DNA of 63,547 nt, the filler included, from Collodictyon triciliatum (Eukaryota): assembly GCA_043381765.1 (NCBI GenBank). It is 56 parts of 56 records of this genome, joined end to end, with 100 filler letters (N's around TTAATTAATTAA, not from the genome) between each part and the next. Parts side by side here need not be neighbours in the genome. Positions count along the whole stretch, not along the records: positions 52,311 to 53,344 come from JBHJMP010012611.1; positions 53,445 to 54,479 come from JBHJMP010012612.1; positions 54,580 to 55,613 come from JBHJMP010012613.1; positions 55,714 to 56,746 come from JBHJMP010012614.1; positions 56,847 to 57,877 come from JBHJMP010012615.1; positions 57,978 to 59,010 come from JBHJMP010012616.1; positions 59,111 to 60,143 come from JBHJMP010012617.1; positions 60,244 to 61,276 come from JBHJMP010012618.1; 48 more parts are not named here. One strand, written 5' to 3'. Of this stretch, positions 52,571-63,547 are shown piece after piece (the first letter of the stretch is position 1; every line of letters starts with the position of its first letter). Below the pieces are notes generated by a model. That model saw nothing but the letters and a program-made list of their open reading frames with translations. It had not been told where the DNA came from and did no database searches. Position numbers and translations under genes: made by a program.

Positions 52571-53292
52571 GACGAATCTCCTCTCACGTGGGTTACGCAT
52601 GGTACAGTCAATCGTTTGAGATACATCGCGTCCCTTCTGACTGTATATGGAGGCAGAGTTTCGGTCACGCTGTATGTTTCAGATGAGAGCGAAAGCGGGT
52701 GTAAGGAATCAATTTTTCAAGCAGCTATGCATGTATATTGCTCAAGCGAATTCCATCGAAGAGTTGATCTGCACCTTGTTTTTGACCCCCACTGTAAACA
52801 TGTACGACTTTCATCGCCTCCCTTCTTATGATGTTTTTGAAATTGAAGTGATTATATATTGAATGGGCCAAATATATTACTTATAAAAATGCATGTATTA
52901 TTGAAAAGGAAATTGAATCCTCCTATGATATAAATATCAACTCGCTGGATGACTGCGTTAATCACGTTTTTCCAGAGACTAATTACACATGGAGCGTGAG
53001 TGTTGCATTTAATCATATAAATAATTGGACATGCTTGAGTTTATTGTGAAAGCAAAGTTAAAGGAAAATATAATCATTCGTGCAGAATGAATATCCTGTT
53101 CAACACTTGAGAAATTTTGGAATATCTCATGTGAAAACGGAGCTTGTTTATTGGTACGAGTAATGTTTAGTCATGAATTTTGTCTTCAGATATTGCTTAA
53201 TCAAACCAAGAATAAAACTCACGTTTCTTTTTTTTTTCTTCCAGCATTGATATGGATTATTTGCCGAACCCAGATCTTTTAGAGCAAATTAA
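52571..53292 (+). CDS. GT49 (LARGE/B4GAT1-like) glycosyltransferase exons
   Basis: LTWVTHGTVNRL...YGGRVSVTLYV; FNTLRNFGISHVKTELVYW|IDMDYLPNPDL (NxLRN and DxD motifs). Confidence 0.75.
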
Positions 53293-54579
53293 GTAATAAT
53301 ATTGGTGAATTAAATTATTTGTATACATATTGTTGCACTACAATNNNNNNNNNNNNNNNNNNNNNNNNNNNNNNNNNNNNNNNNNNNNTTAATTAATTAA
53401 NNNNNNNNNNNNNNNNNNNNNNNNNNNNNNNNNNNNNNNNNNNNTTTCCAAATAGATTCGCTGTTATTCACCCATATATCCTGTCGATATGTCGTCTTAC
53501 TCGCCAAAATCCAATCGTCGCTATTTCTCAACCGTCTTTTCTCTTCAATCATCAGACACAAACCATCCACCATCTACCATCTGTAATGCGCACAATTGCC
53601 TCTTTTTTTTTGTAAAAATATTGATGAGGGTGGGACTGTTTTAATTCAAGATAGAAGGATATACAATACTGTTGCATCTAATCTACATATGATAGGATAC
53701 CCCACTTGCGTGCTTTTGTAATTTGACAGAGTGACAACAATAATTGAGAGCAATAAGGGCTCGAGATTATGTAAAAGCATGGAATGAAATATTACGCTAG
53801 GTATATTTAATACTTTTATCAGGTCTTTAATTTCCTTAAATTTTAGTAATACATTAATTATATTTTCCAATTTATAATATTTCCAGATTTGATTGGCTTT
53901 TGGATTTCTACGAGGATTCTTAGAATTTTTTCAAATTAAGATAATAAAAAATAAATGTAGTAAAAACGAACCAATGTGAAGAAAGTTTTGTTCTTTTCCT
54001 AATTAGGGTAATAAATTAGCCACAATTCTTGAACTATTCAAAGAAATAGACCAAATGCTGAACAAAATACACTGCACCTTTTATATAACTAGCGCCATTT
54101 TAACCAACATTGCTGTTCTGTTTCGGGAGATTAGCTATTTTTACTATCATCATAGCATTCAGTAGCCCCGATTCCTTGAACTTGTGGGTTGTACTGATTA
54201 GCGCACGTGGTGGATGTATGCATTCTGAATACCGAACATGCAATGAAATTCTGTGAAATATGTGAATATAATCAATAATGGTACATGCAATCAAATAATT
54301 GCAACAAAATATAAATAAATCGAATGATTATGTCCAAAAAAATTAATCAAATATATAATATCCGCTTTTGTGTATTTTAGAATATTTCTATTATGGAATA
54401 AGTTCAGATGCTTTTGCTTCAGTTCAATCTGCTTTTGTTCATATTTACGCATTATGAAAGTTTTCCTTATTTTGCCTTCNNNNNNNNNNNNNNNNNNNNN
54501 NNNNNNNNNNNNNNNNNNNNNNNTTAATTAATTAANNNNNNNNNNNNNNNNNNNNNNNNNNNNNNNNNNNNNNNNNNNN

Positions 54580-55560
54580 GTTGGCTGACATAATTAGATT
54601 CATGATTGTCTCTTGATGATTCAGGAGTAATGAGCCCGACTTTTTCATCGCGGGGGTTTGAATCCTTTCGATGCCTCAGGACAGGAAATCCATTTGAGTC
54701 GAATCCATTGTTTTGATGTGGCATGATATTTGGTTGTGGAGTGTGTATATTCATAGGCTTTTGTATGATTTGAGTTTGTCCCTGAGATAATGACCTTGGT
54801 TTCGCCTGCATCTGTGTTGGGATGTGTGATAAAACTTGGTGCTTCATTTGAGATGCCTTTTGAGGTGATATATGGTTGGCTGGTGTTTTTGGTTGTGTTT
54901 GAACTGTCCGATTTGGAATCCCATGGGACGTCGGAGATGTAGGATTTCCTCTAAATGATATTTTATATATTGAGAATCATAAATAAGGTATGGATACTAG
55001 CACACAGAATGCAATAAAAGAGAAAAGTAAGGAGCAAACACATACTAGCTTCATGATGTAAAAATAGCATTAGAAAGATAAGAGTATATATGTTGAGCCC
55101 ACTAAACCATATGAGAAAAGCATTAAGTTTATGAATCTACCATAACCTCGCTACACTTTGAATCGAATAAAGGAAAAAAAGTTTATGAATCTACTTTAAC
55201 AGATAGCAAAGATATTTTATTTTGTAAGAAGAAAATGTATAAGGATGCTTGTTAAGTTCTATGCATTTATTGCTTCTTACTGAAAACGTTGCTCATTGAA
55301 GTTTGCAGTAAATTGCTCTGCAGGGTTCACCCAGTTAGTGTATGGAAGTGGTTGTGCTGTGGAGGTGTGATTTTGCTGGCGTGCGATCGGTTTTGCCACA
55401 TTGTGAACAAGGAATGGAGATGTCGATGATTGATTGAATGTAGTGGGCATAGGCATTGAACCAAAAACAGGTGGCTTTGAAGGATTTGCAGTTGGCACAA
55501 CCCTCCCGGGTATCTGCTTAGGGTTTGTTTGAAAAGTGTGCTGCATTTTGCAATGAGCGA
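54580..55560 (-). CDS. Low-complexity P/Q/N/S-rich host exons, product unknown
   Basis: Two open segments separated by an AT-rich GT-AG intron that contains retroposon copy F. Confidence 0.4.
55141..55180 (+). mobile_element. Ultra-short retroposon copy F with perfect 16-bp TSD
   Basis: CATAACCTCGCTACACTTTGAATCGAATAAAGG(A)n, flanked by AAGTTTATGAATCTAC at 55125-55140 and 55179-55194. Confidence 0.92.
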
Positions 55561-55713
55561 CCGAACTGCAAAGGAGCCTGTTTTAGAAATGGAACAACAG
55601 TGTGCTTGATATTNNNNNNNNNNNNNNNNNNNNNNNNNNNNNNNNNNNNNNNNNNNNTTAATTAATTAANNNNNNNNNNNNNNNNNNNNNNNNNNNNNNN
55701 NNNNNNNNNNNNN

Positions 55714-56746
55714 CGAGTTGTTGATTAGCTATATCAGCCGCTCGTTGGGCAGTTCGGGCTTCTAGTTGTGCGGTGTGTAATTCAGCATGTAGCTCTGCGA
55801 TTTCTTCAGTTAGCCGAGTGACTTCTGCTCTCTCAGTTTGTAAAGACATATTAGCTCTGTTTATTTTGAAGTTGTCTCTAGCTGTATTTGCTCTGATAGT
55901 TTGCTCTGCGGCCTGTTTTTCAAACTGGCTTCTTTGTAATTCCAGATTTAGACGGACATTTTCTTGTTCTAAACCTTCTTTTCGATTACGCAAGTCTTGT
56001 AATTCAGCTTCTAGTCTGGCAGCTGTACCCTGGTCACCTAGTTGTGCCTGTGGTCCAGTGGCTTGTCTTTGAGCTGCTTGTAATTGAGCTTCAAGTTTTC
56101 TGATTTCTAGTCTCGCTTTTATTAGGTCTTTGTTACTTTTTTGTACTTGCTGCGGCGAAGGGGGGGGTGATATGTTAGCAATTGGTACAGGTTGATTATC
56201 TGGACCAAAAAGAGTACGACGAACAGCAGGCCTATCAGCAGGTTCCTGAATACGTACTCTCCTTCGTTCAATAATTTCTTGTTTTGTTTCGGCTGACATT
56301 TTTGGCTTCCACGGAACCATAGCTAGCGATGGAGCTGGAGCTTGTGACGAGACTGATGTTGTATCTGCGGGCTGTTGTTCAGTTGGATCGGCTGTCTGGG
56401 GTCTGCGCAGGGGTTGAGTAAAATCTGTTATGTCTTGACCGATGGGATTTAGGTCTACTGCACCAAACAGTTCTCCCTGACTACCTGCATTATCGGAAAG
56501 TTCAGGTGGTTTCAGAGGATCTGGTACTGTTGCATTTCCGAAAAAAGGTTTAGGTATTGCAGTAATTTGTTGTACTTGACCGCCTGCATCTTGTATACCT
56601 TGTATAAATAATTGTCGAACGTCTTCATTTTCGTCAGCCATGATTGCCTCATTTATTTGATCATCTCCAATTCCCACAGGAGGTCTGGGCGCAGATTGTG
56701 TTAACAATGTATGTGTCAAATCAAAGATTTTATATTGTAGTTCACC
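55714..56746 (-). CDS. Unknown intronless ORF, P/Q/A-rich with C-terminal coiled coil, virus-like
   Basis: Frame open across the entire contig. Same architecture and codon style as 51177-52210. Confidence 0.55.
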
Positions 56747-57009
56747 NNNNNNNNNNNNNNNNNNNNNNNNNNNNNNNNNNNNNNNNNNNNTTAATTAATT
56801 AANNNNNNNNNNNNNNNNNNNNNNNNNNNNNNNNNNNNNNNNNNNNTTGTTTTTTTTATGTTTTGTTTTTTTATGTTTTGTTTTTTTATGTTTTGTTTTT
56901 TTATGTTTTGTTTTTTTATGTTTTGTTTTTTTATGTTTTGTTTTTTTATGTTTTGTTTTTTTATGTTTTGTTTTTTCATATTTGCTTTATTTTATAACAC
57001 CCCAAGGGA

Positions 57010-57088
<79 letters not shown>

Positions 57089-57796
57089 ACCCCGAAACAC
57101 CAACCGACGAAGAGAAAAGAAAACATTAGAAAGAAAACACTAAAAAGAAAGTCAGAAAGCTCCACCAACGCAACCACCCGTGCAACAAGTCAAAGGCTGG
57201 CCACGCTGCTCGAGCCAGAGGCAGGCTTCATGGTTCCCAAGCCAATATCCTTCGCCGATGAAGCGACACCACAGACATGACAGGCCCGAAGAAACACTGG
57301 GCCAAGCACTCACGCACACGAGGCCTGAAGGGAACCAGGAGAGCGCTGCGGGTTGGGAGAGGGCAGCCGACACCAGATCGATCCCTTCTGCGCGACTCTA
57401 CCAAAGACATACTGCCATCCGGTATTCTAAGCAAGCGACTTGTTGCATCGCGGCTCGCTCGACAAAATCCCTACGCATCGAAAACGCCCACGAGTCACAC
57501 AAAAGTGGAGCAGTGTTTGTAGCCGTTGATCTATTTTGGGCGCATACATCCCATCATCAATGTTATCTCATCATTGTGTAGAAATTTATGATGTAAATAT
57601 GCCAAAATATATATATTCAGTTGAACATAATTGTAATACAATTATAAAAAGACACAAATATGAATTTGAATCATTGATATTATATATTCCACAAATAAAA
57701 ATTTGCTTTGAGGGTGCAAAGGGCACCCATGAAATGATGCGTGATTCGACAAAACACATAAAGCGACACAACTACACACGCGAAAACTTGTCTTTT

Positions 57797-57869
<73 letters not shown>

Positions 57870-58274
57870 TCTTTTTTNNNNNNNNNNNNNNNNNNNNNNN
57901 NNNNNNNNNNNNNNNNNNNNNTTAATTAATTAANNNNNNNNNNNNNNNNNNNNNNNNNNNNNNNNNNNNNNNNNNNNACATACATACATACATACATACA
58001 TACATACATACATACATACATACATACATACATACATACATACATACATACATACATACATACATACATACATACATACATACATACATACATACAACGA
58101 AGGAAGGAAGGAAGGAAGGAAGGAAGGAAGGAAGGAAGGAAGGAAGGAAGGAAGGAAGCAAGTAAGTAAGCAAGCAAGCAAATAAACAAACAAACAAGCA
58201 AATAAACAAGAAATAAAACTTGTCTAGGTTGTATAAAGATATATCAGTTCAAATTATTTGCGTGTTGGGCTACC

Positions 58275-58889
58275 TAGATATTTGAGGTTTTGTCAACAAT
58301 TGCGTATTTATTGAATCATATGCGCAAAAGAGCCTGTCTTTGTCAATGAACGGAATCAAAACGACACTCTATATCATATAATTTTATATTTATTTCAGCT
58401 ACTGCGAACATATCTGAATCGAATTAAGAAATTGAAGAAATATGCTAATACGAAAAATAGACCAAAATTAAGTAATAATGTTCATATCTAACCTCCCACG
58501 CTGCCTGTTTTCCATTCAAATCTGTTTCAATAGTTTCTGGGTAGAAGTCGTGAATAGGGGAATCTATTCATTTATCTTTCAATAAAGGAAAGGGACTGTT
58601 TGAAATTTTCAAGGTAAGCTATGATAAAAGACCATTAGATTAACCTTTATCAAACATCAGTCCTCGGTACGCCTCAGGGAGAAGTTTAGCACTATTTGGC
58701 GGTAGAACTGAGAGCAGTTGCTGTGTCGAGAGGATACGAAGAAAAAAAAAAGGAATGAGTAAAATTTGAATAAAAAATGAAAGGGATTAATTTAACTATA
58801 CAAGCACGTTTAATTTTATTTAACCTGGAAAGGTAGAAAAGGAGCCCCCATTTCACAGTTAAAGGATATATCCTCCACTTCAGCAACAT
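58275..58889 (-). CDS. XRN1: 5'-3' exoribonuclease XRN1 exons
   Basis: GAPFLPFQ|QLLSVLPPNSAKLLPEAYRGLM|SPIHDFYPETIETDLNGKQAAWE|SVVLIPFIDKDRL. WExVVLIPFID favours XRN1 over XRN2. Confidence 0.88.
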
Positions 58890-58958
58890 CTATCGAATGC
58901 AATATTTTCTTTATGTACCAGTGTCTCATACATAAAGAAAAATGGGTATAAAGGAATT

Positions 58959-59010
<52 letters not shown>

Positions 59011-59282
59011 NNNNNNNNNNNNNNNNNNNNNNNNNNNNNNNNNNNNNNNNNNNNTTAATTAATTAANNNNNNNNNNNNNNNNNNNNNNNNNNNNNNNNNN
59101 NNNNNNNNNNACATACATACATACATACATACATACATACATACATACATACATACATACATACATACATACATACATACATACATACATACATACATAC
59201 ATACATACCTTATATTACATAAAAGAGGACAAAATGATGAAGAAAAAGAACGAGAGAGAGAAAAGAGGGCGAAAGAGAATAA

Positions 59283-59395
59283 CCTGGCGGTGTGATATAC
59301 GTATGGCGCACGTTGCTGAGTATGGTTCCGTCCTCCTTCACAATGCCCACACCAATCTTGTTTGCACTTCCCTCCAGTCCGATTGCAAGCCGCAT
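59283..59395 (-). CDS. KAE1: t6A synthesis protein Kae1/OSGEP, first exon
   Basis: [36 protein letters not shown], followed by a GT donor. Confidence 0.95.
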
Positions 59396-59746
59396 GGTGC
59401 CTTTGTGTTCTGAGGAAAGACCGCATCAGAAGCAGTCAGATCACCACAGTACGAGTTGCAGTTCATGTTGAGGGATTCGCCCTCGAGAGTCAGCCCACAG
59501 CAAGCAACTTTAGAGAAAGCACCCGCAAAACACCAAAGTTGCAACAGTCTAACCGGGATCCTTCGATCCAGGCATGTTTGCGACGAAAAAAAAAAAACGA
59601 AAAGAAAAAAAAAGAAAAGAAAAGCTAATTTTCGGCATTAACAAATAACAAAAACAGAATAAAAAAATCACATTGAAAAAAGAAATGGGCTAATTAGAGA
59701 AAAGCTCCTTCCGAAGAAATCCAAGGCACAGACAAAGCAAACGCAG

Positions 59747-59950
59747 ATGGAGTTGGAGCACAGCATGATCAAAGTGCCCCAGGAAGCGTGGCTGCGCATC
59801 GTGCGTGAGCAGCAAAAGCGCCTGGAAAAGGAGCTCGGCCAACTCTACGCAAACATCCAAGAGCTTTCCCTCAAGAAGGGCGCAAATAAAGAAGAGGTCG
59901 CTCGTACTATGGACGCGTATATTCATCGACTCAATCTAGTCAAGCGCAAG
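59747..59950 (+). CDS. MAEA: MAEA/Fyv10 (CTLH/GID E3 ligase subunit)-like first exon
   Basis: MELEHSMIKVPQEAW.R..REQQKRLEKE...I.RL..VKRK resembles the MAEA N-terminus LExxxLKVPxE..KxxxxE...LKRK. Confidence 0.62.
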
Positions 59951-60050
59951 GTGAAACCGATAGTGTTATCACTCTTTTATTATTCGTATTATTCGTGATA
60001 ATGATTGTTATTGTCATTGTCATTGCCATTGCTGTCATTATTTATTTATT

Positions 60051-60134
<84 letters not shown>

Positions 60135-60243
60135 TTTATTATTNNNNNNNNNNNNNNNNNNNNNNNNNNNNNNNNNNNNNNNNNNNNTTAATTAATTAAN
60201 NNNNNNNNNNNNNNNNNNNNNNNNNNNNNNNNNNNNNNNNNNN

Positions 60244-61162
60244 GGGTGTCTCCTCGATTACTAGAATTTTGGTCTTTTTTTTCTTGGGCTTCTTTCCAAC
60301 AATTGTTGTCAGTGGTCGGAATGAATTGGCATAAGCCAGGGCGTTGGCTTTTGCGTTGGCCTTGATTTTAGGATCGACTTTTGCTTTACCCTCAGATTCA
60401 AGGCTGATGTTGCTATCAGATTCATCAAGGTCGATGCACAACGGCTCCTCTGTTCGCAAAATCGGCTCAGATTGTTCTCTCCCGCGAGCAGCAGAGCCTA
60501 CATCTTTCAAAATATTGTTTGGATTTAATTCTGTATTAATTGGGGCTGGGGTTTCAATATCTTTTTCACATGAACTAATTCGTGCTTGACAATCATGACA
60601 GCGAGTGGCTGCGGTTGTCTTCGTCGGAGATTCAGTAGGGGTTTGCGTAGACATATCCGTCTTCAAAGTGAGGTTTGATTTGTGGAAATAGAACATTAGT
60701 TTCTGCTGCCTCTCCTCGTGGATAGAATCTGAAGATTGCTGCGACATGGAATCAAGGGAAGCTGATTCTGGATTCTCAAGGACAAGTTGCCTGGAGTGAT
60801 TTTTTAACGACGGGGTGCTGACTTTCTGTAGTCGAGAGAAGTTTTCATCCTGTTGAGAAGGTCCCAGAGTTTGTTGAGTCCTTTGCTCATGGCAAATAGG
60901 AACTTCTTTCGCCAATGAATCCTTGCTATATGGAAGGTGAGACACTGAATTTTGAATATTAGCATCAGGCTTGTAAACGGGTTGCTTTTGATGATTGAGA
61001 GGGTGTAAAATGGGGGGCTCAGGTGGTGGCATCCAGATGGCGGTTGCTTGACCAACGGTAGAGTTGCTCCCTTGGTTAATCTGCCGATATTGATTGGCTG
61101 CTCGTGTAATCGATGGGTTCGGAGAGGGAGTCAGATTCCCCTGTCCCAGTTGGGCTATCACC
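60244..61162 (-). CDS. Long low-complexity exon, product unknown
   Basis: About 300-codon open frame after a CAG acceptor. S/P/Q-rich, ending in a Lys cluster. Confidence 0.45.
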
Positions 61163-63481
61163 TGCTCAAGAAAAGATGGAGATATCTGGGATGAGGCAGA
61201 AGGGATATTACCTTGGCGCTCTCCCTGGAAGTATTGAATGGGCTGAAAAGCGTACTGAATGGATGAAGCACCAGTCNNNNNNNNNNNNNNNNNNNNNNNN
61301 NNNNNNNNNNNNNNNNNNNNTTAATTAATTAANNNNNNNNNNNNNNNNNNNNNNNNNNNNNNNNNNNNNNNNNNNNTTTTACTATGAGACTCGCTTATAC
61401 ATATCATTCAGAAAATATCAGGATTCTTTTTTTTTTTTTTTTTTGGAAATTTTGAAACTGGATTTTTTTTTTAAAAAAATGAGGGACAGAAAATCAAAGA
61501 TAAAATTTTTCGATATATATTAGGTAAACTAATATAAATCTACAAATAAGAAATCACATTTTGAAATGAAGGTTCTATGATGTTTATCAAAAGCAATTTG
61601 CATAATGCTCAATTAATTTATGGGGGTATTGAGACGAAAGTAGAATAAAGCTAGTACATCATTTCGTGACAGGAGGGTATGTCATATTTAAAGGATTTTT
61701 CATTCTATAGAAAGGAAATTGTACTCAATTTAATTATCATCATTCACAATACAACTGATTAATACTTTCCAGGTACAATGTTAAAATAACACACCATAAA
61801 TGAAAACACTAAATGGATAGCACGCACATACACACGCCTCGGAATTTTCAGTTACGACCTATTAATAGCCAAGGATAAATGATAGAATACTAACATTTTT
61901 CATTTAAAGCTTCCTTATTCATCTCCAAGCTCTTCATTTCTCAGAGCCTATGAAAATACACATGCAAAAAGAGGTCCATAAAGGTAATTAATCACACTTT
62001 ACTTTGTGTTAAATAGAAACCCCGGTTAAGGGCCAAACCACGTATTCAATTCATGATAACTTATTCATTCTCCACCAATATGCCCCCAATCATCGTTCTC
62101 GTAAATGAAAGCTAGAGAGCCAAGGCAAACGCTTCCGTTATCTTGCACAAAATTTGTAAGGAATAGTAGAAAATTAAGATAAGGCTCGGAAAAAAGGTTT
62201 TTAATTTATTTAAAAACGACATGAAGAGATAAAAGGAAAAATATTTGATGAAAATTGCTGGAACTATATGTAATGTCATATCAGTAAAAAAAGAGCAAAA
62301 AAAGAGTAAAAAAGAGTAAAAAAAGAGTAAAAAAAGAGTAAAAAAAGAGTAAAAAAAGAGTAAAAAAAGAGTAAAAAAAGAGTAAAAAAGAGTAAAAAAA
62401 AAGAAAAAAANNNNNNNNNNNNNNNNNNNNNNNNNNNNNNNNNNNNNNNNNNNNTTAATTAATTAANNNNNNNNNNNNNNNNNNNNNNNNNNNNNNNNNN
62501 NNNNNNNNNNCCAAATGGAGGACGTTTACCGCTCGTGGGACTTTCTGAAGATCGACGATCCAAGCACACTAACACCTCAGCCGCTGCGCTTTTCGCGACG
62601 TCCCGGCCCCGATTTCTCTCGTCGGACTGAGACTGCTCCCGCTCCTGCCATCGTATTGCCTCATTTTATTTTATTTTATATTTTATTTTATATTTTATTT
62701 TATATTTTATTTTATATTTTATTTTATATTTTATTTTATATTTTATTTTATATTTTATTTTATATTTTATTTTATATTTTATTATATTTTATTATGCTCA
62801 ACACATGCTATATTTCTGTGGTGGGTTTCTATTCCGTGCTTTTGTATGCCATATTAATTTTACTATTGTTTTATATCTTTATATTCTATATTCTGTTTTT
62901 GTAATTTTGTTTTTAACATTTCCTTAAAATCGTATGCTCATCTGCCTTTTCTTTTCTTTTTCTCGTATTTTGTGAATGGGCTGAAGTAACATATCTAACT
63001 TTAATGCAACGATTCTGACTATCGTACGCCTCAGCAGCGCCGAGTAATACACGTGGAAGCAGATATTCTTCCTGAACTGCCCGCAACTGCCCGCACACGT
63101 CCTCCGAACCATGTTGACACTTTTAAGAATGTCGAGGAATTCGGCTATGGAAAATGGAGTGTTGGTTTCCATCCCTTTTTACTTACGTCTCATCATTATC
63201 TTTATAGACTTTACAAAATTTACAATGTCCGGTAGAAATCATATCTTTTTTTTTTTTTTACAAAGGAAGAAAGTATGTTATCTTAATAAATTTTGATTGT
63301 AGGAATATGGTAAACAGGACAGACCCGGCTCTGCTCCATTTCACAAAATCCCTTACAGTCCGTCGAAACGTCGTGGGTATGACATTGGAAAAGCAAGGCA
63401 AGATGTACTTCAGGTTTGTGTCTTCTTTTTCTTTTTCTTTTTCTTTTTTGTTTTCTTTTTTGTTTTCTTTTTTTTTTGTTT

Positions 63482-63547
<66 letters not shown>

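Noticed and set aside
57010-57520. GC-rich segment ending in (TTTA)n on the minus strand, possibly a LINE 3' end
   Set aside because: Plausible, but no diagnostic motif or second copy in the window supports a call.

Overview
This window is not a contiguous locus. It is about 56 short (~1.03-1.04 kb) contigs joined by an artificial 100-bp spacer (44 N + TTAATTAATTAA + 44 N), so adjacency across spacers is meaningless. The source is an AT-rich, intron-rich eukaryote with microsatellite-laden introns, probably a flagellated protist. Host gene fragments I can read across introns include NAD kinase, DHFR, a Mei2-like RRM protein, an HSL-family esterase, a Tim17/22/23-family protein, a NUDT15-like Nudix hydrolase, AADAT, two LRR proteins, CFAP47-like, Tubby-like, a GT49 glycosyltransferase, XRN1, KAE1/OSGEP, MAEA-like and tRNA-Pro(AGG). 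The most notable content is mobile. (1) A decayed Fanzor2/TnpB-type RNA-guided nuclease C-terminus is followed by a hairpin-rich candidate omega-RNA (39.8-40.3 kb). (2) Several intronless contigs look like pieces of endogenous Polinton-like virus(es): major capsid protein, an integrase N-terminus beside a repeat/hairpin region, a fibre-like protein, and compact unknown ORFs. (3) An ultra-short (~25-45 bp) poly(A)-tailed retroposon has at least 6 copies, 4 with 13-17 bp target-site duplications. (4) A chromovirus 3' end and LTR is nested in a LINE RT, and there are several other L1/Tx1-like LINE fragments. All protein assignments come from motif recognition by eye, not from database searches.
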